From the sequence record SRR22947727_198: a DNA stretch of 33,268 nt; one strand, written 5' to 3'. The notes under the pieces are model-generated. The model saw only the letters and a program-made list of their open reading frames with translations, made no database searches and was not told the DNA's origin. Position 1 is the first letter of the stretch; the number at the start of each line of letters is the position of its first letter. This document shows positions 8,618 through 17,723 of this stretch, piece by piece. The translations under genes and the position numbers were made by a program.

Positions 8618-10123
8618 ATGATATTTGTTGACCCCAAGCTATTAGCAAAATATCTTAAGGAACATAGTATTAATAACATTGTTCTCTGTCATGGTGTATT
8701 TGATTTAGTTCATCTCGGACATATAAAGTATTTTAATGAAGCAAAGAAAAATGGAGAGTTTTTAGTCGTATCCATTACTTCAGATAAGTATATTAAAAAA
8801 GGGCCAGGAAGACCTTTATTTAATGAAAATTTTAGAATGGAATATATATCTAACATTAAAAGTGTTGATGCGGTTGTTCTAAGTGATAATGCATCTGCTG
8901 TAGAAGTAATAAAATCTATAAAACCAAAATTTTATATTAAAGGACCAGATTATAAAATAAACAAAAGTGACAAAACTAAAAAAATTTATCTTGAAAAAAA
9001 AGAAGTCGAGAAACATGGCGGCCAAATAAAATATACTTCTGATATCACTTTTAGCTCAACAAAATTAATAAATTCTCAAAATTTCATTTTTAACAGTAGA
9101 CAAACTAAATTTATTAAAAAAATAAAAAAAAAATATAGTTTAAATGATATCAAAAATTTACTTAAATCTATTAAGAAACTAAAGGCACTTGTTATAGGCG
9201 AAATAATAATAGATGAATATAATTTTGGTGATATTATAGGAAAATCGGGAAAAGAGCCTCATTTAGTTCTTAAAGAATCTTTTAATGAAAGTTATGCTGG
9301 AGGATCAGCTGCAGTTGCTAGGCATATTTCGAGTTTTGTTGACTCTGCAAAAGTTATTTCTTTTTTTGGAAATGAAAAAAAATATATTAAATTATTAAAA
9401 CAGCAATCTGATTTTAAAATAAAGTATGATTTATTTAAGCCTTATAATGAATTTAATACTATAGTAAAAAAAAGATTTATTGATTTAAAATCAAATTATA
9501 AACTCTTCGGCTCATATATTTTACCATATGTACATAAAACTTTTTTAAACAATAAATTAATAAATAAAATAAAAAAAAATCTTTCAAATTTAGATTTAAT
9601 GATTGTGTGTGATTATGGTCATGGTCTTTTAAGTGATGAAACAATAAGATATATGAATAAAGTTAATAAATTCAAAACCTTAAATGTTCAATTAAATTCA
9701 AGTAATATTGGAACACATACTTTAAAAAAATATAATAATATTGATTTATTAATAATAAATGAAAGTGAAATGAGATTTGAACTTAAGAATGAACACGAGG
9801 ATATAAAGATAATAGCCAAAAAATATTTTAAAAATCAAAAATTAAAGAATCTTGTTATTACTAGAGGGCTAAATGGAGCTCTACTTTTAGATAAAAAAAA
9901 AATATATGATTGCCCCGCATTTGCTTTTAAAAGTATTGATAAAGTTGGAGCTGGTGACGCAATGTTATCTATAATTTCATTATGTTTAAAAAATAATTTA
10001 GACAAAAATTTATCTTTATTTCTAGGTTCTCTTGCTGCTGCATTTTCTGTACAAAGTATTGGTAATAAAAAAATATTTAATTTTTCAGAGCTGGAAAATT
10101 ATTTAGAATATTCATTAAAATAA
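8618..10123 (+). CDS. Bifunctional nucleotidyltransferase (HxGH) / PfkB-family sugar kinase, HldE(RfaE)-like with reversed domain order
   Basis: N-terminal HGVFDLVHLGH, KGPGRP, KGPDY and FSST. C-terminal VIGEIIIDEY, AGGSAAVA, DYGHG, INESE and DKVGAGDA (PfkB signature). Confidence 0.9.
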   Translation: MIFVDPKLLAKYLKEHSINNIVLCHGVFDLVHLGHIKYFNEAKKNGEFLVVSITSDKYIKKGPGRPLFNENFRMEYISNIKSVDAVVLSDNASAVEVIKSIKPKFYIKGPDYKINKSDKTKKIYLEKKEVEKHGGQIKYTSDITFSSTKLINSQNFIFNSRQTKFIKKIKKKYSLNDIKNLLKSIKKLKALVIGEIIIDEYNFGDIIGKSGKEPHLVLKESFNESYAGGSAAVARHISSFVDSAKVISFFGNEKKYIKLLKQQSDFKIKYDLFKPYNEFNTIVKKRFIDLKSNYKLFGSYILPYVHKTFLNNKLINKIKKNLSNLDLMIVCDYGHGLLSDETIRYMNKVNKFKTLNVQLNSSNIGTHTLKKYNNIDLLIINESEMRFELKNEHEDIKIIAKKYFKNQKLKNLVITRGLNGALLLDKKKIYDCPAFAFKSIDKVGAGDAMLSIISLCLKNNLDKNLSLFLGSLAAAFSVQSIGNKKIFNFSELENYLEYSLK

Positions 10124-10143
10124 TCAACTAATGATAGATTCTT

Positions 10144-10172
10144 TTGACAAAAACTAATTAGATTGTTAAAAC
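10144..10172 (+). promoter_or_regulatory. Candidate sigma70 promoter upstream of the DegT-E1 block
   Basis: Perfect TTGACA (10144-10149), 17-bp spacer and extended -10 TG-n-TAAAAC (10164-10172), in one of the few intergenic gaps longer than 90 bp. Confidence 0.55.
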
Positions 10173-10218
10173 AAAATTTCAAATTCAAAAAAAAAATTAA
10201 TTTTTTTAAATTATAATT

Positions 10219-11319
10219 ATGAATGTTAGATACTCTTATTTGAGACAACAGTTTGGAAATGCTCCTGAGTTATGGGACAATCTAAAAAAATTTGTATTAA
10301 CTGGTGATTTTACCCTGGGAAAACCTTTACAAGATTTTGAAAAAAAATTTGCAAAACTAATTGGAACAAAATACGCTATAGGAGTAAATTCAGGAACTGA
10401 TGCTATTAAGTTAAGCCTAGTGGCCCTAGGAGTAAAAGCCGGTGACGAAGTTATAACTGCAGCAAATACATTTGTGGCAACAGTCGGAGCAATCTGTGAA
10501 ATAGGAGCGAAACCAGTCTTTATAGATTGTGATGATACATTTTGTATGAATGCAGATTTGATTGAGAGCAAAATTACAAAAAAAACGAAAGCAATTGTTC
10601 CGGTTCATTTTACCGGATACATGACTGATATGCGCAAAGTGATGAAAATTTCAAAGAAATATAAATTGCCAATTGTTGAAGATGCGTGCCAAAGTATATT
10701 AGCCTCGATTGACAATAAAAAAGCAGGTACTTGGGGAAATTTTGGTTGCTTTTCTTTACATCCTCTTAAAAATATAAATGTATGGTCTGATGGTGGTGTA
10801 ATAACTACTGATAATGTAAAATACTATAATAAATTACTGCTTTTAAGAAACCACGGATTAGCCTCAAGAGATGAAGTTGAAATCTGTGGATATAATTCAA
10901 GACTTGATACTTTCCAAGCTGTAGTTGGAAATTGGATCATGCCTAAGGCTATAGATATTTCTAATCAAAGAATTAAAAATGCAAAATTTTATGATGATAA
11001 TTTAAGTAAAATTGAGGGTATTAAAATTCCACCTAGGCCTAAAAATTTTAGGTTAGTTTATCATCTTTATATTGTTTTTGCAGAAAAAAGAGACGCCCTT
11101 TATAAATATTGCCAAAAGAAAGGAATTGAATGTAAAATTCATTATCCTATTCCAATGTATAGACAAAAAGCAATGTCAAAATATAAACTTAAAAAAAAAG
11201 ATTTTCCAATAACAGAGCAGCATGCTAAAAAAATTATTAGTTTTCCTTGTGATCAACATTTATCATTAAAAGAGATGAAATATGTTGTGAAGATAGTCAA
11301 AGAATTTTATAATTCTTAA
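10219..11319 (+). CDS. DegT/DnrJ/EryC1/StrS family NDP-sugar aminotransferase (copy 1)
   Basis: NSGTDA, GDEVIT, PVHFTG, IVEDACQ, FSLHPLKN (PLP Lys), GYNSRLD and IHYPIP. Confidence 0.95.
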   Translation: MNVRYSYLRQQFGNAPELWDNLKKFVLTGDFTLGKPLQDFEKKFAKLIGTKYAIGVNSGTDAIKLSLVALGVKAGDEVITAANTFVATVGAICEIGAKPVFIDCDDTFCMNADLIESKITKKTKAIVPVHFTGYMTDMRKVMKISKKYKLPIVEDACQSILASIDNKKAGTWGNFGCFSLHPLKNINVWSDGGVITTDNVKYYNKLLLLRNHGLASRDEVEICGYNSRLDTFQAVVGNWIMPKAIDISNQRIKNAKFYDDNLSKIEGIKIPPRPKNFRLVYHLYIVFAEKRDALYKYCQKKGIECKIHYPIPMYRQKAMSKYKLKKKDFPITEQHAKKIISFPCDQHLSLKEMKYVVKIVKEFYNS

Positions 11320-11324
11320 GTTAT

Positions 11325-12425
11325 ATGCGCATACCTTATGTTGATTTAAAAAAACAGTATAATTTCGAAAAAAAAAAGTTATTAAAAATAATTGACAATG
11401 TTTTGTCACAAGGCACCTATGTGGGTGGAAATGAAATTTTAAAGCTAGAGACACAGCTTGCAAAAATATGTAATTCAAAATATGCAGTGACCTTTAATAG
11501 TGGGACAGATGCGTTAACAATGGCATTAATTTTGTGTGGTGTAAAAAAGGGAGATGAGGTAATAACTCCTCCAAACTCTTTTGTAGCATCTACAGCAACT
11601 ATTGTACACATTGGAGCAAAACCTGTATTTGTTGATGTGGGTGATGATCAAAATATTGATCCTGATTTATTAGAAAAGAAAATTACAAAAAAAACTAAAG
11701 CTATAATGCCTGTTCACCTCACAGGTAGAGTTTGTAAAATGGATAAAATATTAAGGATTGCAAGTAAATTTAATTTAAAAGTTATTGAAGACTCAGCTCA
11801 ATCAATTGGTTCAAAATTTAAAAATAAATCTGCGGGATCATTTGGAGATATTGGTTGTTTTTCTACTCATCCTCTTAAAAATTTAAATGCAATGGGTGAT
11901 GGTGGCTTTTTTGTAACAAATAATAAAAGTTATTATCTTAAAGCTTTAAGTTTGAGATCTCATGGAATTTATAAAAGAAATATTATTAAAAATTTTGGTT
12001 ATGTTTCTAGAATGGATAATTTACAAGCTGCAATTTTGAATTTTAGGCTTAATAATTTAGATAATGTAATACAAAAAAGAAGAAACAATGCTAGCATATA
12101 TTTAAAACATCTTGACAAAAAAAATTATTTTTTTCCAAAAGAAAAATATGAAGAATTTAATACATACCATACTTTTGTAATCCAAGTTAAAAATAGAAAA
12201 AAATTAATAAAATTCTTAGAACAAAAAAAAATATCCACAGCAATTCATTATCCTATACCTATACATCTTCAACCTGCTGCAAAAAAACTAGGTTATAAAA
12301 GGGGAGATTTTCCAGTAACAGAAAAACAATCTTCCGAAATTATTACTTTACCTGTTAATCAATTTTTATCATCAAAGGAAATAATATATATATCTAACGC
12401 AATTAATAGTTTTTATGATAAATAA
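11325..12425 (+). CDS. DegT/DnrJ/EryC1/StrS family NDP-sugar aminotransferase (copy 2)
   Basis: NSGTDA, GDEVIT, PVHLTG, IEDSAQ, FSTHPLKNLNAMGDGG and IHYPIP. Confidence 0.95.
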   Translation: MRIPYVDLKKQYNFEKKKLLKIIDNVLSQGTYVGGNEILKLETQLAKICNSKYAVTFNSGTDALTMALILCGVKKGDEVITPPNSFVASTATIVHIGAKPVFVDVGDDQNIDPDLLEKKITKKTKAIMPVHLTGRVCKMDKILRIASKFNLKVIEDSAQSIGSKFKNKSAGSFGDIGCFSTHPLKNLNAMGDGGFFVTNNKSYYLKALSLRSHGIYKRNIIKNFGYVSRMDNLQAAILNFRLNNLDNVIQKRRNNASIYLKHLDKKNYFFPKEKYEEFNTYHTFVIQVKNRKKLIKFLEQKKISTAIHYPIPIHLQPAAKKLGYKRGDFPVTEKQSSEIITLPVNQFLSSKEIIYISNAINSFYDK

Positions 12426-12434
12426 TAAATATTT

Positions 12435-13415
12435 ATGGATATAGATAAAACTATTAAAAAAAAAACTTTTTTTAAGTTATTAAGAATACGAAGAATTGAA
12501 GAGTCGATTTCAAAAGAGTATGCCAAAGGAGAAATGCGATGTCCTGTACATTTGTCTATAGGTCAAGAATCAATCCCTGTTGCTATATGTGAAAACCTTA
12601 ATAGGAATGATGAAATTGTGACTGCTCATAGATCACATGCACACTATCTTGCAAAAGGTGGTGATTTAAAAAAAATGATTGCAGAAATTCATGGAAAAGT
12701 AACAGGATGTGCTAAAGGACTAGGTGGTTCGATGCACTTAATTGATTTGAAAAAAAATATAAAAGCTGCTGTACCAATAGTAGGAAGCACTATTCCTATT
12801 GGTGTTGGAGTTGCTTGGGCAAATAGATTAAAAAAAAATAATAATATAGTTGTAATTTTTTTTGGCGATGGGGCTTCTGAAGAAGGTGTATTTTTAGAAA
12901 GTTTAGATTTTGCGAGCTTGCATTCTCTAAACATACTTTTTGTATGTGAAAACAATAAATTTTCTGTTTACTCCAATATATCTAAGCGTCAAAACAAAAA
13001 TAGAAAAATTTTTAAAATAGCAAATTCTTTAGGTATTAAATCAAAAATGTTTAAAGATCATGATTTAATAAATTTATATAGTAAATCTAAAAAGATTATA
13101 GATAATATTAGAAAATATAATCAACCATTTTTAATTGAAATAGATACTTACAGATTATTAGAACATTGTGGACCTAATTATGATGACAATCTTAATTATC
13201 GAAATAAAAATGAGGTAAATTATTGGGATAGAAATTGTCAAATTAAAAAATATGAAAAAAAATTTCTTAAAGAAAAAATAATTACAGAAGAAGAGATAAG
13301 AGTAAAAGAAGACATTATAAACAAAGAGATTATGAATGCCTATACTTTTTCAAGAAAAAGCAAGTATCCCTCAAAAAATATGATGTTTAAATATACATTT
13401 AAAAAGGAGTTGTAA
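12435..13415 (+). CDS. TPP-dependent dehydrogenase E1 component alpha subunit-like
   Basis: HLSIGQE, HRSHAHYLAKG, GGSMH and the TPP-binding motif GDGA...ENN. Confidence 0.93.
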   Translation: MDIDKTIKKKTFFKLLRIRRIEESISKEYAKGEMRCPVHLSIGQESIPVAICENLNRNDEIVTAHRSHAHYLAKGGDLKKMIAEIHGKVTGCAKGLGGSMHLIDLKKNIKAAVPIVGSTIPIGVGVAWANRLKKNNNIVVIFFGDGASEEGVFLESLDFASLHSLNILFVCENNKFSVYSNISKRQNKNRKIFKIANSLGIKSKMFKDHDLINLYSKSKKIIDNIRKYNQPFLIEIDTYRLLEHCGPNYDDNLNYRNKNEVNYWDRNCQIKKYEKKFLKEKIITEEEIRVKEDIINKEIMNAYTFSRKSKYPSKNMMFKYTFKKEL

Positions 13416-13416
13416 T

Positions 13417-14469
13417 TTGAGAACTTTATATTTTAATGAGAGTATTAGAGAAACATTGGAACAATCAATTTCAAAAGATAAATCGGTTATAGTAATGGGT
13501 CTTGGTGTTGATGATCCTAAAGGAGTTTTTGGCACAACCTTAAATATTCATAAAAAGTATAAAAAAAATATTTATGATTTACCAACTGCAGAAAATTCTT
13601 TTACTGGAATAGCTTTAGGAATGTCGATATCTGGTTATAAGCCAGTTATTGTTCATCAAAGAGTTGAATTTTCTTTATTGTCAATTGAACAAATATTTAA
13701 TCAAATTTCTAAATGGTTTTTTATGAGTGGAGGTAAGGTAAGTGTTCCAATTGTCATAAGATTAATTATTGGTAAAGGATGGGGGCAGGGACCACAACAT
13801 TCTCAATCATTAGAGGCAATTTTTTCGCACATACCTGGTTTAAAAGTTGTTTGTCCCTCAAATGCATATGATGCTAAAGGCTTATTATATTCAAGCATTC
13901 AGGATCCTGATCCTGTAATTTTTTTTGAACATCGATGGTTACACTCGACCAAAGATTATGTACCCAAAAAACTATTTAAAGTTCCATTAAAAAAATGTAA
14001 AAAAATTAATAATGGGAGAGATTTAACTATCGTAAGTTTTTCTTATCCAGTTTTAGAGTGTATTAAAGCGGTAAAATTTTTAAAAGAAAATAATATAAAT
14101 TGTGATTTATTAGATTTAAGATCTTTAAAACCAATTGATTATCGTTCAATACTAAAATCAGTTAAAAAAACTAAAAAAGTTCTTATTGTCGATAATGGAT
14201 GGGTAACTAATGGTATTAGTGCTGAAATATTAGCCCATTTATCTGAAAATTTAGATTTAAATAAATCAAGGTATATTTTTAAAAGAATTGGTTTAAGTGA
14301 TGCTCCGATTGCAAGTTCTGTTTCGATTGCTAAGCACAGTTATCCTGAAGAACCTGTTATAATTAAAGAAGTATTAAAAATTTTAAATATCAAAAAAAAA
14401 ATAAAATTAATTCCAAAACTTAGAAAAAACCCAGATCAACCAGATATTAATTTTAAAGGACCTTTTTAA
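13417..14469 (+). CDS. TPP-dependent dehydrogenase E1 component beta subunit-like (transketolase Pyr/C-terminal domains)
   Basis: DLPTAENSFTG, GPQHSQSLE, IPGLKVV, DPVIFFEH and LDLRSLKP. TTG start preceded by AAGGAG (13404-13409) at 7-nt spacing. Confidence 0.93.
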   Translation: MRTLYFNESIRETLEQSISKDKSVIVMGLGVDDPKGVFGTTLNIHKKYKKNIYDLPTAENSFTGIALGMSISGYKPVIVHQRVEFSLLSIEQIFNQISKWFFMSGGKVSVPIVIRLIIGKGWGQGPQHSQSLEAIFSHIPGLKVVCPSNAYDAKGLLYSSIQDPDPVIFFEHRWLHSTKDYVPKKLFKVPLKKCKKINNGRDLTIVSFSYPVLECIKAVKFLKENNINCDLLDLRSLKPIDYRSILKSVKKTKKVLIVDNGWVTNGISAEILAHLSENLDLNKSRYIFKRIGLSDAPIASSVSIAKHSYPEEPVIIKEVLKILNIKKKIKLIPKLRKNPDQPDINFKGPF

Positions 14470-14473
14470 TTAA

Positions 14474-15688
14474 ATGTTTATTTTGAAAGTTTTTAAAATT
14501 ATCTATCGCTATTTTTTAATTAATCTTTTTTTTTCTCCAATAATAATTTTTTTAATTTTTTTTTCTCTTTTTAAAAAAATAAGATTTGGCAACATAAGAA
14601 CTGAGAGAGTAGGTCATTTATTAGCAAATACAGAATTATACTTATTAGAAAAAAGGCATAATAAAATTAATAATTTTTTAGATCTATTGTATGGATCAAG
14701 ATTTATATCCAACATCCAGGCTTATAAAATGATTAAAAAAAGAACATTTATATTTCCTTCTTTTATTGGACATATACATTCTTTTTTTAAACTATTAAAT
14801 AAAAATAAATATGAAATTTCTGTCTTACAAGGTGGTGGAGACAGAGATAAGTTAGGCTTTTTTAAATATAATAGTGAAATTGATTTTTCAGATAGAGAGT
14901 ACAATTTTGGAAAAGAACTATTATTACAAAAATTTAATTGTGATATCGATAAAGATAAAATTGTTTTTTTAGCCGTTAGAGACTCTGCATATCTTAAAAA
15001 AGAATTTCCAAATAATGATTGGAGTTATTTTAATTATAGAGATTGGAATATTAATAATTTTGTAATTGGATGTGAATATCTAAGTAGTGTGGGATATAAA
15101 GTTTTTAGGGTTGGAAAATTTACAAATCAAAAAATTATTTCTAATAAAAGAAATATTTATGATTATGCTAATTCAATTTATCGTTCAGATTTTATGGACC
15201 TTTTTTTAGCTAAAGTTTGTAAATTCGCAGTTTCAACTGGTCTAGGTATTGATAATGCTGCTTTAATATTTAGAAAACCGATAGCAATGATTCACTTACC
15301 TTTCGAATTTAGCTATTTTCATAGCTCAAACCTTGTAATGACTAAACATCATTATTCAGTAAAAAAAAAAAAAAATCTTTCAATTTCAGAGATATTTGAG
15401 GAAGGTAATAAAATAAATTTTAAATACACATCATCAGGTTATAAAAAAATTGGCATAACTTTAATTGAAAATAGTCCTGAGGAAATCAGAGATTTAATGA
15501 AAGAAATGCACTTAAAGGTAAATAATAAAACATTTCTTTTAGCACCCGAAGAAAAAGAAATAGTAAGTGAATTTTGGAACATTTTCAATTTTAATCTAAA
15601 AAAATATGGTTTTGAAAATTATCATGGGAATATCTCTGGTAATATTTCTGTATCTTTTTTAAAAAAAAACCCATATTTCTTAAGATAA
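14474..15688 (+). CDS. Putative glycosyltransferase, TIGR04372 family (copy 2)
   Basis: RVGHL, AVRDSAYL, NYRD, VFRVG, YDYA, RSDFMDLFL...CKFAVSTG.G.D and ENSPEEI motifs, plus an N-terminal TM helix. Confidence 0.85.
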   Translation: MFILKVFKIIYRYFLINLFFSPIIIFLIFFSLFKKIRFGNIRTERVGHLLANTELYLLEKRHNKINNFLDLLYGSRFISNIQAYKMIKKRTFIFPSFIGHIHSFFKLLNKNKYEISVLQGGGDRDKLGFFKYNSEIDFSDREYNFGKELLLQKFNCDIDKDKIVFLAVRDSAYLKKEFPNNDWSYFNYRDWNINNFVIGCEYLSSVGYKVFRVGKFTNQKIISNKRNIYDYANSIYRSDFMDLFLAKVCKFAVSTGLGIDNAALIFRKPIAMIHLPFEFSYFHSSNLVMTKHHYSVKKKKNLSISEIFEEGNKINFKYTSSGYKKIGITLIENSPEEIRDLMKEMHLKVNNKTFLLAPEEKEIVSEFWNIFNFNLKKYGFENYHGNISGNISVSFLKKNPYFLR

Positions 15689-15694
15689 AGTAAA

Positions 15695-16666
15695 ATGAAA
15701 ATTTTAATAACAGGTGGAGCGGGGTTTATTGGCAGTCATTTAGTTGAAAGGTTGTCAAAAAAAAATGAAATTATCGTACTTGATAATTTTTCAACAGGAA
15801 GAAAAAAAAACTTAGAAAATATAAAAGGAATAAAAATTATTGAATGCGATATTTCTAAAAAAGGTAATTGGGAAAAAAATTTTAAAAATGTGAAATGTGT
15901 ATTTCATTTAGCAGCTCTTGCTGACGTAGTTCCTAGTATTAACTTCCCAAATGACTATTACAAGTCTAACGTAACCGGCACCTTTAATGTGATGCAAGCG
16001 TGTAGAAAATATAAAATTAAGAAATTAATATATTCTGCATCATCATCTTGTTATGGGATTCCTAAAAATTATCCTACTAAAGAAACGGAAAAAATAGATA
16101 CACACTATCCTTATGCTTTAACTAAATATTTAGGAGAGCAAATTTGTTTACATTGGGGAAAATTATATTCTATAAATGTAATTTCCTTAAGATTATTTAA
16201 TGTTTATGGAACTAGATCAAGAACATCAGGAACTTATGGAGCAATGTTTGGAGTTTTTCTGGCACAAAAGTTAGCAAATAAACCATATACAGTTATAGGT
16301 GATGGCAAGCAAACAAGAGATTTTACATATGTTTCAGATGTGGTATCAGCAATGGTTGCTGCAAGTAAATCAAATATTAAAAATGAAATTTTCAACATAG
16401 GTAGCGGCAAAACTATTTCGGTAAATTCTATTGTAAAAATTTTAGGTGGAAAAAAAATTTTTATTCCTAAAAGACCAGGAGAGCCAGATTGTACTTTTGC
16501 AGATACAAAAAAAACAAAAAAACTTTTAGGATGGAAATCTAAAGTTGATATAAATAGTGGAATTAAAAAAATTTTGAATGAAATAGATTATTGGAAAGAA
16601 GCACCGGTGTGGACACCAAAAAAAATTAAAGGTGCTACAAAAGATTGGTTTAAATATATTAAATAG
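15695..16666 (+). CDS. NAD-dependent epimerase/dehydratase (NDP-sugar extended SDR)
   Basis: GGAGFIG, FHLAALAD, SASSSCYG, YALTK (YxxxK), RLFNVYG and GDGKQTRDF. Confidence 0.95.
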   Translation: MKILITGGAGFIGSHLVERLSKKNEIIVLDNFSTGRKKNLENIKGIKIIECDISKKGNWEKNFKNVKCVFHLAALADVVPSINFPNDYYKSNVTGTFNVMQACRKYKIKKLIYSASSSCYGIPKNYPTKETEKIDTHYPYALTKYLGEQICLHWGKLYSINVISLRLFNVYGTRSRTSGTYGAMFGVFLAQKLANKPYTVIGDGKQTRDFTYVSDVVSAMVAASKSNIKNEIFNIGSGKTISVNSIVKILGGKKIFIPKRPGEPDCTFADTKKTKKLLGWKSKVDINSGIKKILNEIDYWKEAPVWTPKKIKGATKDWFKYIK

Positions 16667-16738
16667 ATAATTTTGATATTTAAAATAACTTAATTTAAAT
16701 GTTATTGAATAAAAAAAAAAAATGAATAGGATAAATAT

Positions 16739-17716
16739 ATGAAAATTTTAGTTACTGGTGGCGGGGGATATGTAGGATGTGAATTAGTAAATAATCTACT
16801 ACATAATAATCATAAAGTTACATCGCTTGATCTTTATCTATATGGTGAAGATGTGATGCCAGTACATAAAAATTTTAAATTAATAAAAGGCGATATAAGA
16901 AATCAGAAATTATTAAGCGAAGCTTTCAAAGACCAAGATATTATAATTCATTTAGCATGCATATCTAATGATCCGAGTTTTGAGCTAAACCCGACTTTAG
17001 GGAAATCAATTAATCTAGATGCATTTGAACCAATGGTTAAAATTGCTAGAGACTCTAAGGTCAAACGATTTATTTATGCTTCATCTTCAAGTGTTTATGG
17101 GGTTAAACAAGAACAAAATGTACACGAAGATATGAGCTTAGAACCATTAACAGATTATTCGATATTTAAAGCTAATTGTGAAGAAATACTCTTAAGATAT
17201 AAATCTAATGAATTTGAAGTTGTAACAATTCGTCCAGCAACAGTTTGTGGTTATTCTAAAAGACAGAGGCTAGATTTAGTTGTAAATATACTTACTAATT
17301 TGGCTTATAATAAAGGTAAAATTACAGTTTTTGGAGGAAATCAGTTAAGACCTAACATTCATATTAAAGATATGATTGAAATTTATAATAAAGTAATAAA
17401 TGCTGAAAGCAAATTGGTTAATGGTCAAATTTTTAATGCCGGATATCAAAATCTTAAAGTAATTGAAATTGCAGAATTAGTTAAAAAAATTATAGGAAGT
17501 CATGTTGAAATTGAGATTAAGGAGTCAAACGATAATAGATCGTACCATATTTCTAGTGAAAAAATTAAAAATGTTTTGGATTTTTCATCCTCATTTACAG
17601 TGGAAGATTCCATTATTGATCTAAAAAAATGCTTTGACCAAAAACTATTAATAGACCCTTTAAATAATATTAAATATTACAATATAAAACTGATGAATAA
17701 CATACAATTAAATTAA
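16739..17716 (+). CDS. NAD-dependent epimerase/dehydratase (NDP-sugar extended SDR)
   Basis: GGGGYVG, HLACISNDPS, ASSSSVYG, YSIFK (YxxxK) and RPATVCG. AGGA SD-like sequence at 16728. Confidence 0.93.
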   Translation: MKILVTGGGGYVGCELVNNLLHNNHKVTSLDLYLYGEDVMPVHKNFKLIKGDIRNQKLLSEAFKDQDIIIHLACISNDPSFELNPTLGKSINLDAFEPMVKIARDSKVKRFIYASSSSVYGVKQEQNVHEDMSLEPLTDYSIFKANCEEILLRYKSNEFEVVTIRPATVCGYSKRQRLDLVVNILTNLAYNKGKITVFGGNQLRPNIHIKDMIEIYNKVINAESKLVNGQIFNAGYQNLKVIEIAELVKKIIGSHVEIEIKESNDNRSYHISSEKIKNVLDFSSSFTVEDSIIDLKKCFDQKLLIDPLNNIKYYNIKLMNNIQLN

Positions 17717-17723
17717 TATTGTA

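Noticed and set aside
10187-10207. Intrinsic terminator at the A-tract/T-tract palindrome
   Set aside because: The stem is AT-only, has no GC pairs and lies downstream of the candidate promoter.
12435-14469. Housekeeping pyruvate/acetoin dehydrogenase
   Set aside because: No E2 or E3 gene is nearby and the pair is embedded among NDP-sugar genes.
16667-16738. Possible promoter TTGATA-17-TAAATG (16673-16701)
   Set aside because: A weak match that is expected by chance in nearly pure AT sequence.
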